36,833 nt of DNA, from positions 1 to 36,833 of the IMG/VR virus record IMGVR_UViG_3300033067_001808; one strand, written 5' to 3'. Shown here in pieces: positions 16,011 to 25,325 of this stretch; the first letter of the stretch is position 1, and every line of letters starts with the position of its first letter. The position numbers were made by a program, and so were the translations under genes. The stretch is from a virus. Taxonomy: Duplodnaviria > Caudoviricetes. A model generated the notes under the pieces. It was not told where the DNA came from, made no database searches, and saw only the letters and a list, made by a program, of their open reading frames with translations.

Positions 16011-18602
16011 ATGGCCTTCGACACCCAGGCGAAAATCATCATCACCGGCGAGGCGCAGGGACTCGAGGCGGCGATGAACCGCGCGCACCAGGTCGTGAGC
16101 CAGCGCAGCCGGGACATCGAGGGCGTGCTCGGCTCGGCGCGCAACGCGCTGGCCGCACTCGGGGTGGGGCTGTCGGCGGGCGCGATCACGGCCTTTGCCG
16201 GCAATGCCATCCGCTCGGCGGCGGCTCTGGACGACATGGCCGAGGCCACTGGCGCCAGTGTCTCGGGCTTGTCCAAGCTGAACGACATCGCGCGAATCGG
16301 CGGCGGAAACCTGGAATCGGTCGGCAAGGCCATCCAGGTCATGAACAAGGCGCTGCTGAATCCCAATGCAGACGAAAACAAGGGCGTCGGCGCGGCGCTG
16401 AAAGCGGTCAATCTGAATGCCGAGCAGCTGTTACGGCTCGACATGGACAAGCGCGTCGAAGCGGTGGCAGTGGCGTTCAACAAGTTCGCCGACGGCGCCG
16501 GCAAGGGAAACGCCGCGCAAGCCATTTTCAAGCAGTATGCCCAGGAGATGGTGCCGTTTCTCAATGACGTAGCCGAGAACCTGGACCGCACCGGGAGCCT
16601 GACGGCCAAGCAGGCCAAGGATGCCGAGGATATGGCCAAGGCATGGAACAGGCTTTCGATCGAGGCGGCCAATCTCGGCCGCTCACTGGTGATAGATCTG
16701 GCGCCCGGACTGACGGCGGTCATGCGCGGGTTCTCGCGCGGCGGTTTTCTGGGCGGGATCGGCGCCGCGGAAGGCGTCGCGCGGCCACTGGAAGAGATCG
16801 AGAAAGCATTTAAGAACGCACGCAAGCCGATCCTCGACGCCGGTTCGGTGGCCAACGCCAGCGCGCTGGACAGGTGGAACTACCAGTACTGGGAATCCGC
16901 CGTCGAAACCGCGCGCGCCCGCGCCTTCGAGCAGAACTTCGTTGGCCCGCCCTCTGATATGGCTGGCCGCCCGCAAGTCAACTTCACCGCGCCGGGTTCC
17001 GGCGGCGCATCCGGTCGCAAGGCGGCGCTGAGCGACCTGCAGCAGTTAGAGCGCCGCATGGCCAAGGAGCGCCTCGACCTGATGGATGCCGAGGGCGAAG
17101 AAGCACAGCGCCTATGGCTGGAAAAGTTCGAGCGCGAGCGTACGCTGGCCGATTACAAGAAGGCTCAGCACCTGGAAGAGATGGCGCAGCAGCGCGAGCT
17201 GGACGAATACTACCGCACCGGCGGCGAAGAGGCGGCGCGCGAGTACCGCGAGGCCGATGACAAGCGCCGCGCCGAGGAGTCCTACCGCGCCACGGTCAAG
17301 GCCGCCGAAGACGCCCAGCGCGAATGGGAACGCACCTCGCAGGGCATCACCGACAGCCTGACCGATGCGCTGCTGCGCGGTTTCGAGGGCGGCGCGGACG
17401 CGGCCAAGAACTTCGCCAACACCCTGAAAAACCTGTTCGCCACGCTGGTCCTGCGCCCGATCATCCAGCCGATCGCCCAGGCCGGCGCCGGCCTGGCGCT
17501 GGGCGCCTTGGGCATGGGCAGTGCCAATGCCTCTGGCGGCGGCATGGGCGCGGGGGATCTTTTCGGCATCGGCTCAGCCATCAACAGCATCACCGGCGGC
17601 GCCGGCATCGGCGGGGCGGTCGCCACCGGACTGGAAGCGATGGGCGCCACCACCGGCATCGCCACCGGCTGGGGGGCCGCCATCGGGACCGTGGCGCCTT
17701 ATTTGGCCGTGGCGGCCATCGCCTACTCCATGCTCAAGAAGCCGCGCGGCGGCCCGAAAACCCGCGGCGACGCGGTCGGCTCGTGGCAGTCCGACTACGC
17801 CGCGCTGGTCGAGCAGCTCGGCGGCACGCCGGGCAGCTTCTCGCCTTACCTGCAATACGAAGCCGACCCGCGCGGCAGGGCCAGCACCTCGATCTATTCC
17901 GGGCTGGCCGGCGGCGCCGGGGAACTGCTCTACCAGACGATCGGCCGCGACGTCGGCCGCGACGAGGCGGCGCTACAGGCCGGGCTGATCGAGGAATACA
18001 ACCGCATGCTGGTCACGGCGCTGCGTGCCTCCGACCTGCCGGCCGTGGCGCGCGAGGTGTTCGCCGCCATCGACCCCGCCACCGCCAGCGCCGAGCAGCT
18101 CGCCCGCGCGCTCGAGGAGGCCACCCGCGCGCAGGCGCAGTTCAGCGAGACGACGAAAGCCTGGGCGGGGATCGCCCGCAACCTGGTGAGCCAGCGCATG
18201 GCGATCGCCAGCAGCCCGAACCTGGCGCCGCTCAGCCCCGAGTCTCAGCTCTACGCCACGGGCGCGCAGTTCAGCGACAACTTCAAGCGCGCCGTGCTGA
18301 TGGGCGACCAGGGCAGCTTCAACACGCTCGGCCAGACGGCGCAGGAGTACCTCCAGTCGGCCCGCGGCTACTACGCCAGCAGCCCGGAATACGCCGCCAT
18401 CTACGGCCGCGTCCAGAAGTGGCTGGAAGAAGCCACGAACGCCGCGCTGCAACAGGCCGATATGGCCGACCTGGTGACCGAGACGCGCACCGGCAACGCG
18501 GCCAACGAGGCCGGCCTTAGCGCGCTGCTCACGCAACTGCAGTCCATCGATGCGCGGCTCGCCTCGATCGAGAGCACCAACGCGCTCGCCGCCGCTGCCT
18601 GA
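16011..18602 (+). CDS. Tape measure protein
   Basis: 863 aa, Ala/Gly-rich and helical; follows the chaperones. Confidence 0.9.
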   Translation: MAFDTQAKIIITGEAQGLEAAMNRAHQVVSQRSRDIEGVLGSARNALAALGVGLSAGAITAFAGNAIRSAAALDDMAEATGASVSGLSKLNDIARIGGGNLESVGKAIQVMNKALLNPNADENKGVGAALKAVNLNAEQLLRLDMDKRVEAVAVAFNKFADGAGKGNAAQAIFKQYAQEMVPFLNDVAENLDRTGSLTAKQAKDAEDMAKAWNRLSIEAANLGRSLVIDLAPGLTAVMRGFSRGGFLGGIGAAEGVARPLEEIEKAFKNARKPILDAGSVANASALDRWNYQYWESAVETARARAFEQNFVGPPSDMAGRPQVNFTAPGSGGASGRKAALSDLQQLERRMAKERLDLMDAEGEEAQRLWLEKFERERTLADYKKAQHLEEMAQQRELDEYYRTGGEEAAREYREADDKRRAEESYRATVKAAEDAQREWERTSQGITDSLTDALLRGFEGGADAAKNFANTLKNLFATLVLRPIIQPIAQAGAGLALGALGMGSANASGGGMGAGDLFGIGSAINSITGGAGIGGAVATGLEAMGATTGIATGWGAAIGTVAPYLAVAAIAYSMLKKPRGGPKTRGDAVGSWQSDYAALVEQLGGTPGSFSPYLQYEADPRGRASTSIYSGLAGGAGELLYQTIGRDVGRDEAALQAGLIEEYNRMLVTALRASDLPAVAREVFAAIDPATASAEQLARALEEATRAQAQFSETTKAWAGIARNLVSQRMAIASSPNLAPLSPESQLYATGAQFSDNFKRAVLMGDQGSFNTLGQTAQEYLQSARGYYASSPEYAAIYGRVQKWLEEATNAALQQADMADLVTETRTGNAANEAGLSALLTQLQSIDARLASIESTNALAAAA

Positions 18603-18610
18603 CATGCGCC

Positions 18611-18642
18611 CCTCGATCCTCGATCCGCGATCCTCGATCCTC
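18611..18642 (+). repeat. Heptamer tandem repeat (CCTCGAT)x4 plus CCTC
   Basis: cctcgat cctcgat ccgcgat cctcgat cctc immediately before ATG 18645. Confidence 0.9.
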
Positions 18643-18644
18643 CC

Positions 18645-20198
18645 ATGATCTACCTGGTCGAAATGGTCGCCGCCATCGATGCCGCCGGCACCACGACCAC
18701 GCTGCGCGCCACCACGGCCGCGCACTACGCCACCCGTTCGACCGACACGCCGGCCAACACGCAGTACCTACCGCGGGTGAAGACCGCCGGCCTGTTCCGC
18801 CGCGACATCGCCAGCCCGGGCCGGATCTACGGCGCACAGCAGGTGGGCTATGGGCTGGTGGAGCTGGTCAATGCCGACGGCGGCCTGGACGCCTGGCTGG
18901 ACTACGCCTTCGACGGCCGCGAATGCCGCATCCTGGCCGGCGAGGAGGGCGCCGCCTATGCCGACTTCGTGCTTGTGCTCAAGGGCACGATGGACCAGAT
19001 CCAGGCCGACGGCCTGCACACCCTCACAGTGCGCATCCGCGACCGCCTGCACGAGCTGGACAAGCCGATCCAGTCCACCGCGTACCTCGGCAACAACAGC
19101 CTGCCCGCGGGCCTGGAAGGCGTGGAAGACCTGAAGGGCAAGCTCAAGCCGCGCGCCTACGGCAACTGCGTCAATATCTCGCCGCCGTGCGTCAATACCT
19201 CGCGGCTCATCTACCAGGCGAGCGATCAGGCCCTTTACCGCATCGGCGCCGTGTATGACCAGGGCGTGGCGCTGACGGCGGGCAGCACCTACAGCTCGCA
19301 GTCCGACATGGAAACGACCGCCCCCTCGGCCGGGCAGTATCGCGTCTGGGCGGCCGGAGGCATGTTCCGCTTGGGCAGCACGCCGTCCGGGCAGATCACC
19401 TGCGACGCGCAGCAATACGACACGGCGTTCGGCGCCACATCCGGGCGCGCCGCTTCGCTGATGCAGGAGATTGCCGAGGACGCCGGCATCGCCACGGCCG
19501 ACATATCCGCCGCCGACGTGACCGCGCTCAACGCGGCCACCGCCTACCCGGACATGGGCGTCTGGCTCGGCCTGGACGACGCATCGACCGCCCTGCAGCT
19601 CATGGACTACCTGGCCACCTCGGTCGGGGCGTGGTACGGCTTCGACCGGCTGGGCAGCCTGCGCATGGCCCAGCTTGCCGCGCCGACGCTCGGGGCCGTG
19701 GTCCATACCTTCGGCGCGCACGAGATCCTGGACCTGCACCGCCGATCGAGCCAGGACGCCGGTGCCGGCGTGCCGGCCTGGGACGTGAAGGTGCGCTATT
19801 ACCGCAACTGGACCCCGCAGCGCCCGGCCGACCTGGCCGGTTCGGTGACGCTGGTCAATCGCCAGTTCAAGACGCAGGAGTGGCGCAATTCCCGCGGACT
19901 GGACGCAACGGTGAAGACCAAGCATCCTTTGGCCTGGTCGATCGAGTACGACACGGCCTCGATCACCGAAGCCTACATGGCCATCGAGGCCGACCGCCGC
20001 CTGGCGCTGCTCAAGGTGGATCGCGCGCTCTACGAGGCGCGGGTGCATGTCGCACCTGCGCTGCTGGAGAGCCTGGAGCTTGGCGCCGTGGTGCGCTTCG
20101 ATCTGACCCGATTCGGGCTGACCGAAAAACCGCTGCTGATCACCGGCATCCTGCACGACCCGCGTGCCCAGGCCGCGGACCTGACCCTGTGGGGCTGA
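18645..20198 (+). CDS. Tail tip/hub protein
   Basis: LVNADGGLD, KPRAYGNCVNISP and VYDQGVAL; follows the tape measure gene. Confidence 0.75.
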   Translation: MIYLVEMVAAIDAAGTTTTLRATTAAHYATRSTDTPANTQYLPRVKTAGLFRRDIASPGRIYGAQQVGYGLVELVNADGGLDAWLDYAFDGRECRILAGEEGAAYADFVLVLKGTMDQIQADGLHTLTVRIRDRLHELDKPIQSTAYLGNNSLPAGLEGVEDLKGKLKPRAYGNCVNISPPCVNTSRLIYQASDQALYRIGAVYDQGVALTAGSTYSSQSDMETTAPSAGQYRVWAAGGMFRLGSTPSGQITCDAQQYDTAFGATSGRAASLMQEIAEDAGIATADISAADVTALNAATAYPDMGVWLGLDDASTALQLMDYLATSVGAWYGFDRLGSLRMAQLAAPTLGAVVHTFGAHEILDLHRRSSQDAGAGVPAWDVKVRYYRNWTPQRPADLAGSVTLVNRQFKTQEWRNSRGLDATVKTKHPLAWSIEYDTASITEAYMAIEADRRLALLKVDRALYEARVHVAPALLESLELGAVVRFDLTRFGLTEKPLLITGILHDPRAQAADLTLWG

Positions 20199-20199
20199 C

Positions 20200-21060
20200 G
20201 TGAGCAATTGCCTGATCGCCTACCGCAACTTCGCCGACTTCGCCACGCTCTCCGGCGGCTCGTGGTCGTCGACCATGCCGCTTGCCAACCTGCTCGACCG
20301 CACGCTCGGCGTCAAGGCGCGCGCGGTCGATGATGCCGCCGCCTCCACACAGTTCGACGTCGACCTCGGCTCGGCGGCCGGCATCAAGGTGTTCTGCCTG
20401 GCCGGGCACAATCTGTCGGTCGGCGCGTTGATGCGCTTGCGCGGCTCCGACACCGCCGGTACCTTCACCACGCCGCTGTACGACTCCGGCACCGTCAGCG
20501 CTTGGGGCAACGCCTACACCACCTCCGACATCCCGTGGGAAGACGACGCCTTCTGGGCCTCGGTGAGCACCTTCACCGGGCTCGACGCCGGCAACCCGAC
20601 CCTGATCCACATCCTGCCCGCCGAGACCGCCGCGCGCTACTGGCGGCTGGAGATCACCGACACCACCAACGCCGACGGCTACGTCGAGGCCGGGCGCCTG
20701 TTCCTCGGCCAGGCGTGGCAGCCGACGTACAACTTCGTCTATGGCGCCGGCATCGCCTACGCCGACGACTCCATCGTCGAGCAGGCCCTCGGCGGCTCGG
20801 AGTACTTCGACGCCCGCCCGGTGCGCCGCATTGTCTCGCTGCGATTCGACGCGCTGACCGATGCCGAGGCCATGCAGATGATGCTTGACATGCAGCGCCT
20901 GCGCGGCACGACCGGCGAGATCCTGTTCGTTTGGGATCCGGACGACCTGAGCTACTTCCAGCAGCGCTCCATGCTGTGCCGGCAGGCGGAGCTCAACCCG
21001 ATCGAACTGGCCCGCCTCGGCGCGCACGCGGCGGCCCTGAAACTGCGCGAACTGATCTAG
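20200..21060 (+). CDS. Minor tail protein (distal-tail-like)
   Basis: ARYWRLEITD...GRLFLGQAWQPTYN...GTTGEILFV. Confidence 0.7.
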   Translation: MSNCLIAYRNFADFATLSGGSWSSTMPLANLLDRTLGVKARAVDDAAASTQFDVDLGSAAGIKVFCLAGHNLSVGALMRLRGSDTAGTFTTPLYDSGTVSAWGNAYTTSDIPWEDDAFWASVSTFTGLDAGNPTLIHILPAETAARYWRLEITDTTNADGYVEAGRLFLGQAWQPTYNFVYGAGIAYADDSIVEQALGGSEYFDARPVRRIVSLRFDALTDAEAMQMMLDMQRLRGTTGEILFVWDPDDLSYFQQRSMLCRQAELNPIELARLGAHAAALKLRELI

Positions 21061-21069
21061 GAGCACTCT

Positions 21070-22191
21070 ATGGCATCGGTCACCTTCCCCTCGGCGCTCG
21101 GCGGCGACGGCGCCACCTACACCGACGACTCCGACCCGAGCACGGGGCTTGCCAACGGCGGCCACCGCACCCGCTTTGTGCCCTGCCTCTCGGGCGCCGT
21201 GGCGATGGCCGAGAGCGCGGCATCGTCCGCGGTCAAGGCGCTTCGCCGCAACGTGCTGATAAATAGCAGCTTCGAGGTGTGGAACGAGTCCGTTGCATCG
21301 ATCAGTTCGGCTACGCAAGCGTGGCGCGCCGAGTGCTGGTACATCACCGCCTCCGGCGCGGCGGTTACTTCGGCACGCTCCACCACGGTGAGGACCGGCA
21401 ATAAAGCCCGCTATTCGATCGAGATCGTCGGCGCGACATCCGTGACCAACGTCCAGCTCGGCCAGCGCATCGAGGCCGCCAACGTGCCGAAGATCGCCGG
21501 CACGGTGACCTTCCAGGCGTGGGTGTACAACGGATCCGGGGCGAGTTTCCAGCCGAGCCTGCTGGTCTATACCCCGGCAACGGCGGATAGCTGGGGCTCT
21601 CCCACGGTGCGGCTGACGCAGACGCTGCAGTCCTGCCCGGACGGTGCCTGGACGCAGGTCAGCCATACGGTCGACATCAGCGCCTACACCAACCTGGCCA
21701 ACGGCGTCACGATCGAGCTGCGGATTCCAAGCGGGTCGATGGTTTCCGGCGATACCGTGCGAATCATGGAGCCGATGCTGTGTCCGGCCGATACGGTGAC
21801 CGATTTCGACTTTGAGCCGATCACAGAGACGGAGCGCGCCTGCGAACGATTTTTCGAGAAAAGCTTTGTGCCCGGAACGGCGCCGGCACAAAACGTCGGT
21901 ACCAATACCGCGGAATCGACATTCCGCGCAGTCAACACGGGAGCAAACATTAACGGCAGTCCGCAGATCCGTTTCCGGACCAGTAAGCGCGCCACGCCGA
22001 GCGTCACGATCTACAACCCCGCGGCGGCCAATGCCCAAGTCAGGGACGAAACTGCCGCGGCTGATTGTGCGGCAAGTGCAGTCGGCCGGGCGTCTGTCAA
22101 TGGGTTCGATGTCGGATGCACGGGCGCGGCCGGAACCGCCATAGGTAACGTGATGGGTATCCATTGGACCGCGAATGCGAGGCTGTCATGA
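21070..22191 (+). CDS. Tail fibre / receptor-binding protein with carbohydrate-binding-type domain
   Basis: AGGAG RBS; RRNVLINSSFEVW...FEPITETERACERFFEKS...KRATPSVTIY pattern. Confidence 0.75.
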   Translation: MASVTFPSALGGDGATYTDDSDPSTGLANGGHRTRFVPCLSGAVAMAESAASSAVKALRRNVLINSSFEVWNESVASISSATQAWRAECWYITASGAAVTSARSTTVRTGNKARYSIEIVGATSVTNVQLGQRIEAANVPKIAGTVTFQAWVYNGSGASFQPSLLVYTPATADSWGSPTVRLTQTLQSCPDGAWTQVSHTVDISAYTNLANGVTIELRIPSGSMVSGDTVRIMEPMLCPADTVTDFDFEPITETERACERFFEKSFVPGTAPAQNVGTNTAESTFRAVNTGANINGSPQIRFRTSKRATPSVTIYNPAAANAQVRDETAAADCAASAVGRASVNGFDVGCTGAAGTAIGNVMGIHWTANARLS

Positions 22192-22520
22192 TCTACAAAC
22201 TGCGACTCGTGGCCGGCGTGATCCGGCTGGCCGATGGGGCGACGATCCCCGAGGATGCGCGCAACGCGGATTGGCAACGGTTCCTCGCCTGGGTCGCCGC
22301 CGGCAACACCCCCGAGCCCGCCGACCCGCCGCCACCGCCGAGCCAGGACGAACTGGACGCCGCCGCGGCCAAAGCCTACGCCAAGCTGCAGTCTCTGATG
22401 AGCATGACCCCGGCGCAGGTCCAAACGTGGGTAAAGGCCAACATCACCACGCTGCCGGCCGCGCAGGACGCCATCGCCACCCTGGCGATCGCCGTGGCCG
22501 TGCTGGCGCGAAGGCTGTAG
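22188..22520 (+). CDS. Tail fibre assembly chaperone-like protein
   Basis: IRLADGATIPEDARNADWQRFLAWVAAGNTPEPAD. Confidence 0.7.
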   Translation: MIYKLRLVAGVIRLADGATIPEDARNADWQRFLAWVAAGNTPEPADPPPPPSQDELDAAAAKAYAKLQSLMSMTPAQVQTWVKANITTLPAAQDAIATLAIAVAVLARRL

Positions 22521-22569
22521 AGAGCGGGGCCACCCGCCGCGATAGAGGGCTCCCGGAAAGGCAGGCTAG

Positions 22570-22995
22570 ATGAAATGGAGCGATCTTGCAGCACATGCCG
22601 CCGCCGACCCGCACTGGGCGATCGGCCTCATGATGACCGCTCGTAGAACCGGCGAGGTGGCCCTGCCGCTCGGCCAGCGCCTGGCCGTGGCACTTGGACC
22701 CATGCTGGTGACCGGCATCATCGCGGCGGCCGGCAGCCTGATGGGCGGCTACATCGCGGTGGAGAAGCGCTTCGCCGGGCTGGAGAAAAGCACGGACGAG
22801 CTCAAGCTGCTGCTGAACTCGCGCATCGACCAGCGCATCAGCGAAGTCGCCAGCTTGCGCCAGACCGACATCGACCATGCCAACCGCCTGGCCGCCGTCG
22901 AGACCCTGCAGCGCAATTGCGGCGAGAACCTCGCCGAGCTGCGCGCCATGGTGCGCCACGAGCTGGACGAGAATCGCGGCCGGCGCACACCATGA
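22570..22995 (+). CDS. Membrane-anchored coiled-coil protein (lysis-region position)
   Basis: One hydrophobic segment (LGPMLVTGIIAAAGSLMGGYIAV) followed by heptad-rich helix. Confidence 0.6.
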   Translation: MKWSDLAAHAAADPHWAIGLMMTARRTGEVALPLGQRLAVALGPMLVTGIIAAAGSLMGGYIAVEKRFAGLEKSTDELKLLLNSRIDQRISEVASLRQTDIDHANRLAAVETLQRNCGENLAELRAMVRHELDENRGRRTP

Positions 22996-23035
22996 CACCA
23001 AGAGCTGACCTCCGCCACCGGCAGGTGGCGCTTCC

Positions 23036-23073
23036 GCCCGGACCGGCGCGTCTCCCGGTCCGGGCCTTTCCTT
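23036..23073 (+). terminator. Putative intrinsic terminator
   Basis: 11-bp stem GCCCGGACCGG/CCGGTCCGGGC followed by CTTTCCTT. Confidence 0.5.
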
Positions 23074-23101
23074 GCGGCGCCCAGCCGCCAGCGGCGCGGC
23101 C

Positions 23102-23299
23102 ATGAGCACACCTGTTGCCCGGGCGCCGCATCCGCCGCACTGCACCGGATGCCGCCACTCCATGCGCTACGCCACCATCATCCACGGCCAGGTCCATCAC
23201 GAGGGCCTGTGCCTGCGCCCGCGCGGGCATACCGTGTGGGGCCAGGGCTGCCGGCACTACACCGAGCCGGCGCTCAAACCGGCGAAGGGGGCGCGGTGA
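23102..23299 (+). CDS. Small Cys/His-rich protein
   Basis: CTGCRH...GLC...GCRHY; stop overlaps the next GTG. Confidence 0.5.
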   Translation: MSTPVARAPHPPHCTGCRHSMRYATIIHGQVHHEGLCLRPRGHTVWGQGCRHYTEPALKPAKGAR

Positions 23300-23466
23300 T
23301 CATCCCCGAGTGGCTGCTTTGGCTCGCCGGTACGCTCGGCGCGCTCTGGCTGGCCTCGGCGGTCGGCCGGCGTAAATCCGACTACGACCTCGGCTCACCC
23401 TTCCTTGGGCTGGCTGTGCTGCTCATCTGGGCGGCCTTCGTGGTCGGCTTCTGGCTCGCCCGATGA
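23296..23466 (+). CDS. Small two-TM membrane protein
   Basis: MIIPEWLLWLAGTLGALWLASAV...FLGLAVLLIWAAFVVGFWLAR; GTGA and ATGA overlaps with neighbours. Confidence 0.55.
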   Translation: MIIPEWLLWLAGTLGALWLASAVGRRKSDYDLGSPFLGLAVLLIWAAFVVGFWLAR

Positions 23467-23660
23467 CCCGCCCGGAAGCCCTGGAGGCAATTCACCGGGC
23501 CCTGCGCTCGCAGGGCATAGAGGACCGCGACGTCCATGAGTACCTCGATTGGATCGAGGATGCCACCGAGCGCGACTGGCGCACCTGGTGGCTGCTTGCG
23601 GCGGGGATGGGACTACTCGGGCTGACTGCTGGGGCGGTGATCTGCCTTCTGGTGAGATAA
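23463..23660 (+). CDS. Small protein with C-terminal TM helix
   Basis: 65 aa, WWLLAAGMGLLGLTAGAVICLLV. Confidence 0.55.
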   Translation: MTRPEALEAIHRALRSQGIEDRDVHEYLDWIEDATERDWRTWWLLAAGMGLLGLTAGAVICLLVR

Positions 23661-23715
23661 CCCGCAGGGCGTATCCCTCCGTCCCACGCCTGGCAGCCGC
23701 AGCGCAGGCCGGCGC

Positions 23716-23928
23716 CTGTTCAATACTCTGGTCCACCCCCGCGCCGATGCTGGGTCTTCGGCCGGCTCAAAGATGGCCCGCTTATTGGACAGTGTCAGCG
23801 CGTCCTGTTGCACATCAGGCATTTGGCCCGTTTATGGCCCGATCCCATGATAGTTTGTCCGCTGCCCGGAGAGCCAATGCCGGCGTGGGGGTTGTCCAAT
23901 ATGCGCAGGGAGGCTGTCCAATACTCTG
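23716..23928. other. attP region with arm-type integrase binding repeats
   Basis: TGT(C/T)CAATA at 23716-23730, 23783-23792 (inverted), 23893-23901 and 23914-23928, directly downstream of the integrase stop; TGGCCCG x3 at 23774, 23824 and 23835. Confidence 0.7.
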
Positions 23929-23931
23929 CGG

Positions 23932-24909
23932 TCAACCGCCAGGCTTGCGGCGCGGTCCGCTCACCCGGTCGATCTCGCGCCGGCGGATGTAGCGCTCGGT
24001 CATCGCCGCCGAGGCGTGGCCGGCCAGCAACTGCGGGTTGAGCCCCTGGGCCTTGGCGTCGGTCAGACTCTTGGCGCGCAGGTCGTGTAGGCGCGCGTCC
24101 TGGATGCCGGCCGCGCGCACTGCCTCGCGGAAGTGCCGGGCTACGGTCTTGTAGGTGAGCGGCGCGCCGGTGTGGGCGTGCAGCAGCGTCAGGCCCTTGA
24201 CGCACCGGTGCAGCGCGCGCGCCTGCTCGACCGCGCCGGCCAGTTCCGGCGTCCAGGTGACGATCAGCCGCTTGCCGGTCTTGGCCTGGCGGAAGGCGAT
24301 GCCTTCCTCGCCGATGTCGGCGTAGCGGATCGCCAGCACGTCGCCGATGCGCTGGGCGGTCAGATAGCACAGATCCATGATCACCCGCGTCTGCGCGCCG
24401 GCCTGGGCGGCGATGGCGGCGTATTCCGAATCGGTGAGGTAGCGCCCGCGCTTGGCCTCGGCGTAGCGCTCGATGCCGAGCACCGGGTTGCTCTCCGCCA
24501 GGCCGCGGCGCAGGGCCAGGGCGAAGACGTCCTTGAGCAGCGCGCGCATCTGGTTGGCCAGGTTCGGCGTGTCGGCGTGGTGGTCCATCAACTGCGCCAC
24601 GTGCTTCGGTTTCACCTGCTCGGGCGAAAACTCCGCGAAGGCGCTTTTCAGGCGCTTGGCGACCATCTTGTACTGCGCCAGGGTGCTGGGCTTGACCCGG
24701 GCCGCTAGGCGCGCCAGGGTGGCCTCGATCAGCCCCGGCATGCCCGCTTCGGGCTCGGCGGGCCGGGTGCGCCGCGCGTACTCGGCCAGGGCCTCGGCGT
24801 AGTCGGTGCCCAGCGAGGTCCAGCGGCCGCGCTTGACCAACCAGTAGCGGCCGTGCCGCAGGTACATGCAGGCCGGCAGGTGGCGGTCGTGTTTGCGGGG
24901 ACGGTTCAT
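23932..24909 (-). CDS. int: Tyrosine integrase
   Basis: Catalytic residues R (TAQRIGD), K (QAKTG), HDLR, LAGH and TERY; start MNRPRKHDRHLP overlaps the upstream xis-like gene. Confidence 0.95.
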   Translation of the reverse strand: MNRPRKHDRHLPACMYLRHGRYWLVKRGRWTSLGTDYAEALAEYARRTRPAEPEAGMPGLIEATLARLAARVKPSTLAQYKMVAKRLKSAFAEFSPEQVKPKHVAQLMDHHADTPNLANQMRALLKDVFALALRRGLAESNPVLGIERYAEAKRGRYLTDSEYAAIAAQAGAQTRVIMDLCYLTAQRIGDVLAIRYADIGEEGIAFRQAKTGKRLIVTWTPELAGAVEQARALHRCVKGLTLLHAHTGAPLTYKTVARHFREAVRAAGIQDARLHDLRAKSLTDAKAQGLNPQLLAGHASAAMTERYIRRREIDRVSGPRRKPGG

Positions 24910-25106
24910 GCCAGGCGCAGGCGCGGTTCCGGCGGGGCAGTCTGCCGCCCTTCGCCCAGGCGCGCAAGCGCCACCGAGCGCAGCACCGCCGGGGTGCCGT
25001 CGGGCCGCGCGGCGTAGGGGATGCGCATGGCTTCCAGCGCCCGGCACTGGGCGCGCGGGGTGACGCGGTGGGTCAGCTCGGCGATTTCGTCGCGGGTGAG
25101 GAACAT
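24906..25106 (-). CDS. DUF4224-like putative excisionase
   Basis: MFLTRDEIAELT...AQCRALEAMRIPY..RPDGTPAV; directly upstream of the integrase. Confidence 0.8.
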   Translation of the reverse strand: MFLTRDEIAELTHRVTPRAQCRALEAMRIPYAARPDGTPAVLRSVALARLGEGRQTAPPEPRLRLA

Positions 25107-25109
25107 GGG

Positions 25110-25325
25110 TCAGGTGGCCGGCTCGGGCGGGGCGGGCAGAGGCGCCCAGTGAGTCGGCGGCCAGTTCCGGCGCATGTAGCCGCCAGCGATCCAGCACCGG
25201 CAGCGCGGGTCATCATCCCAGCAACCGACCAGGATCTTGCATAACGAGTGCTGTTCGCTACCCATGTACAGCAGCATGTACGTGCCGTCCTTCGGCGCGC
25301 TTTCAATCGGCTGCCAGTCGGTCAT
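25110..25325 (-). CDS. DUF551-like protein
   Basis: WQPIESAPKDGT...PTHWAPLPAPP. Confidence 0.8.
   Translation of the reverse strand: MTDWQPIESAPKDGTYMLLYMGSEQHSLCKILVGCWDDDPRCRCWIAGGYMRRNWPPTHWAPLPAPPEPAT

Noticed and set aside
21070-23660. Diversity-generating retroelement acting on the tail fibre
   Set aside because: No reverse transcriptase and no template/variable repeat pair seen
23661-23931. tRNA or tmRNA fragment at attP
   Set aside because: No T-arm GTTCGA(A/G)TC or acceptor-stem pattern found
24910-25197. Longer integrase start given by the ORF track
   Set aside because: It overlaps the DUF4224 and DUF551 genes; ATG 24909 gives the typical N-terminus and an ATGA overlap
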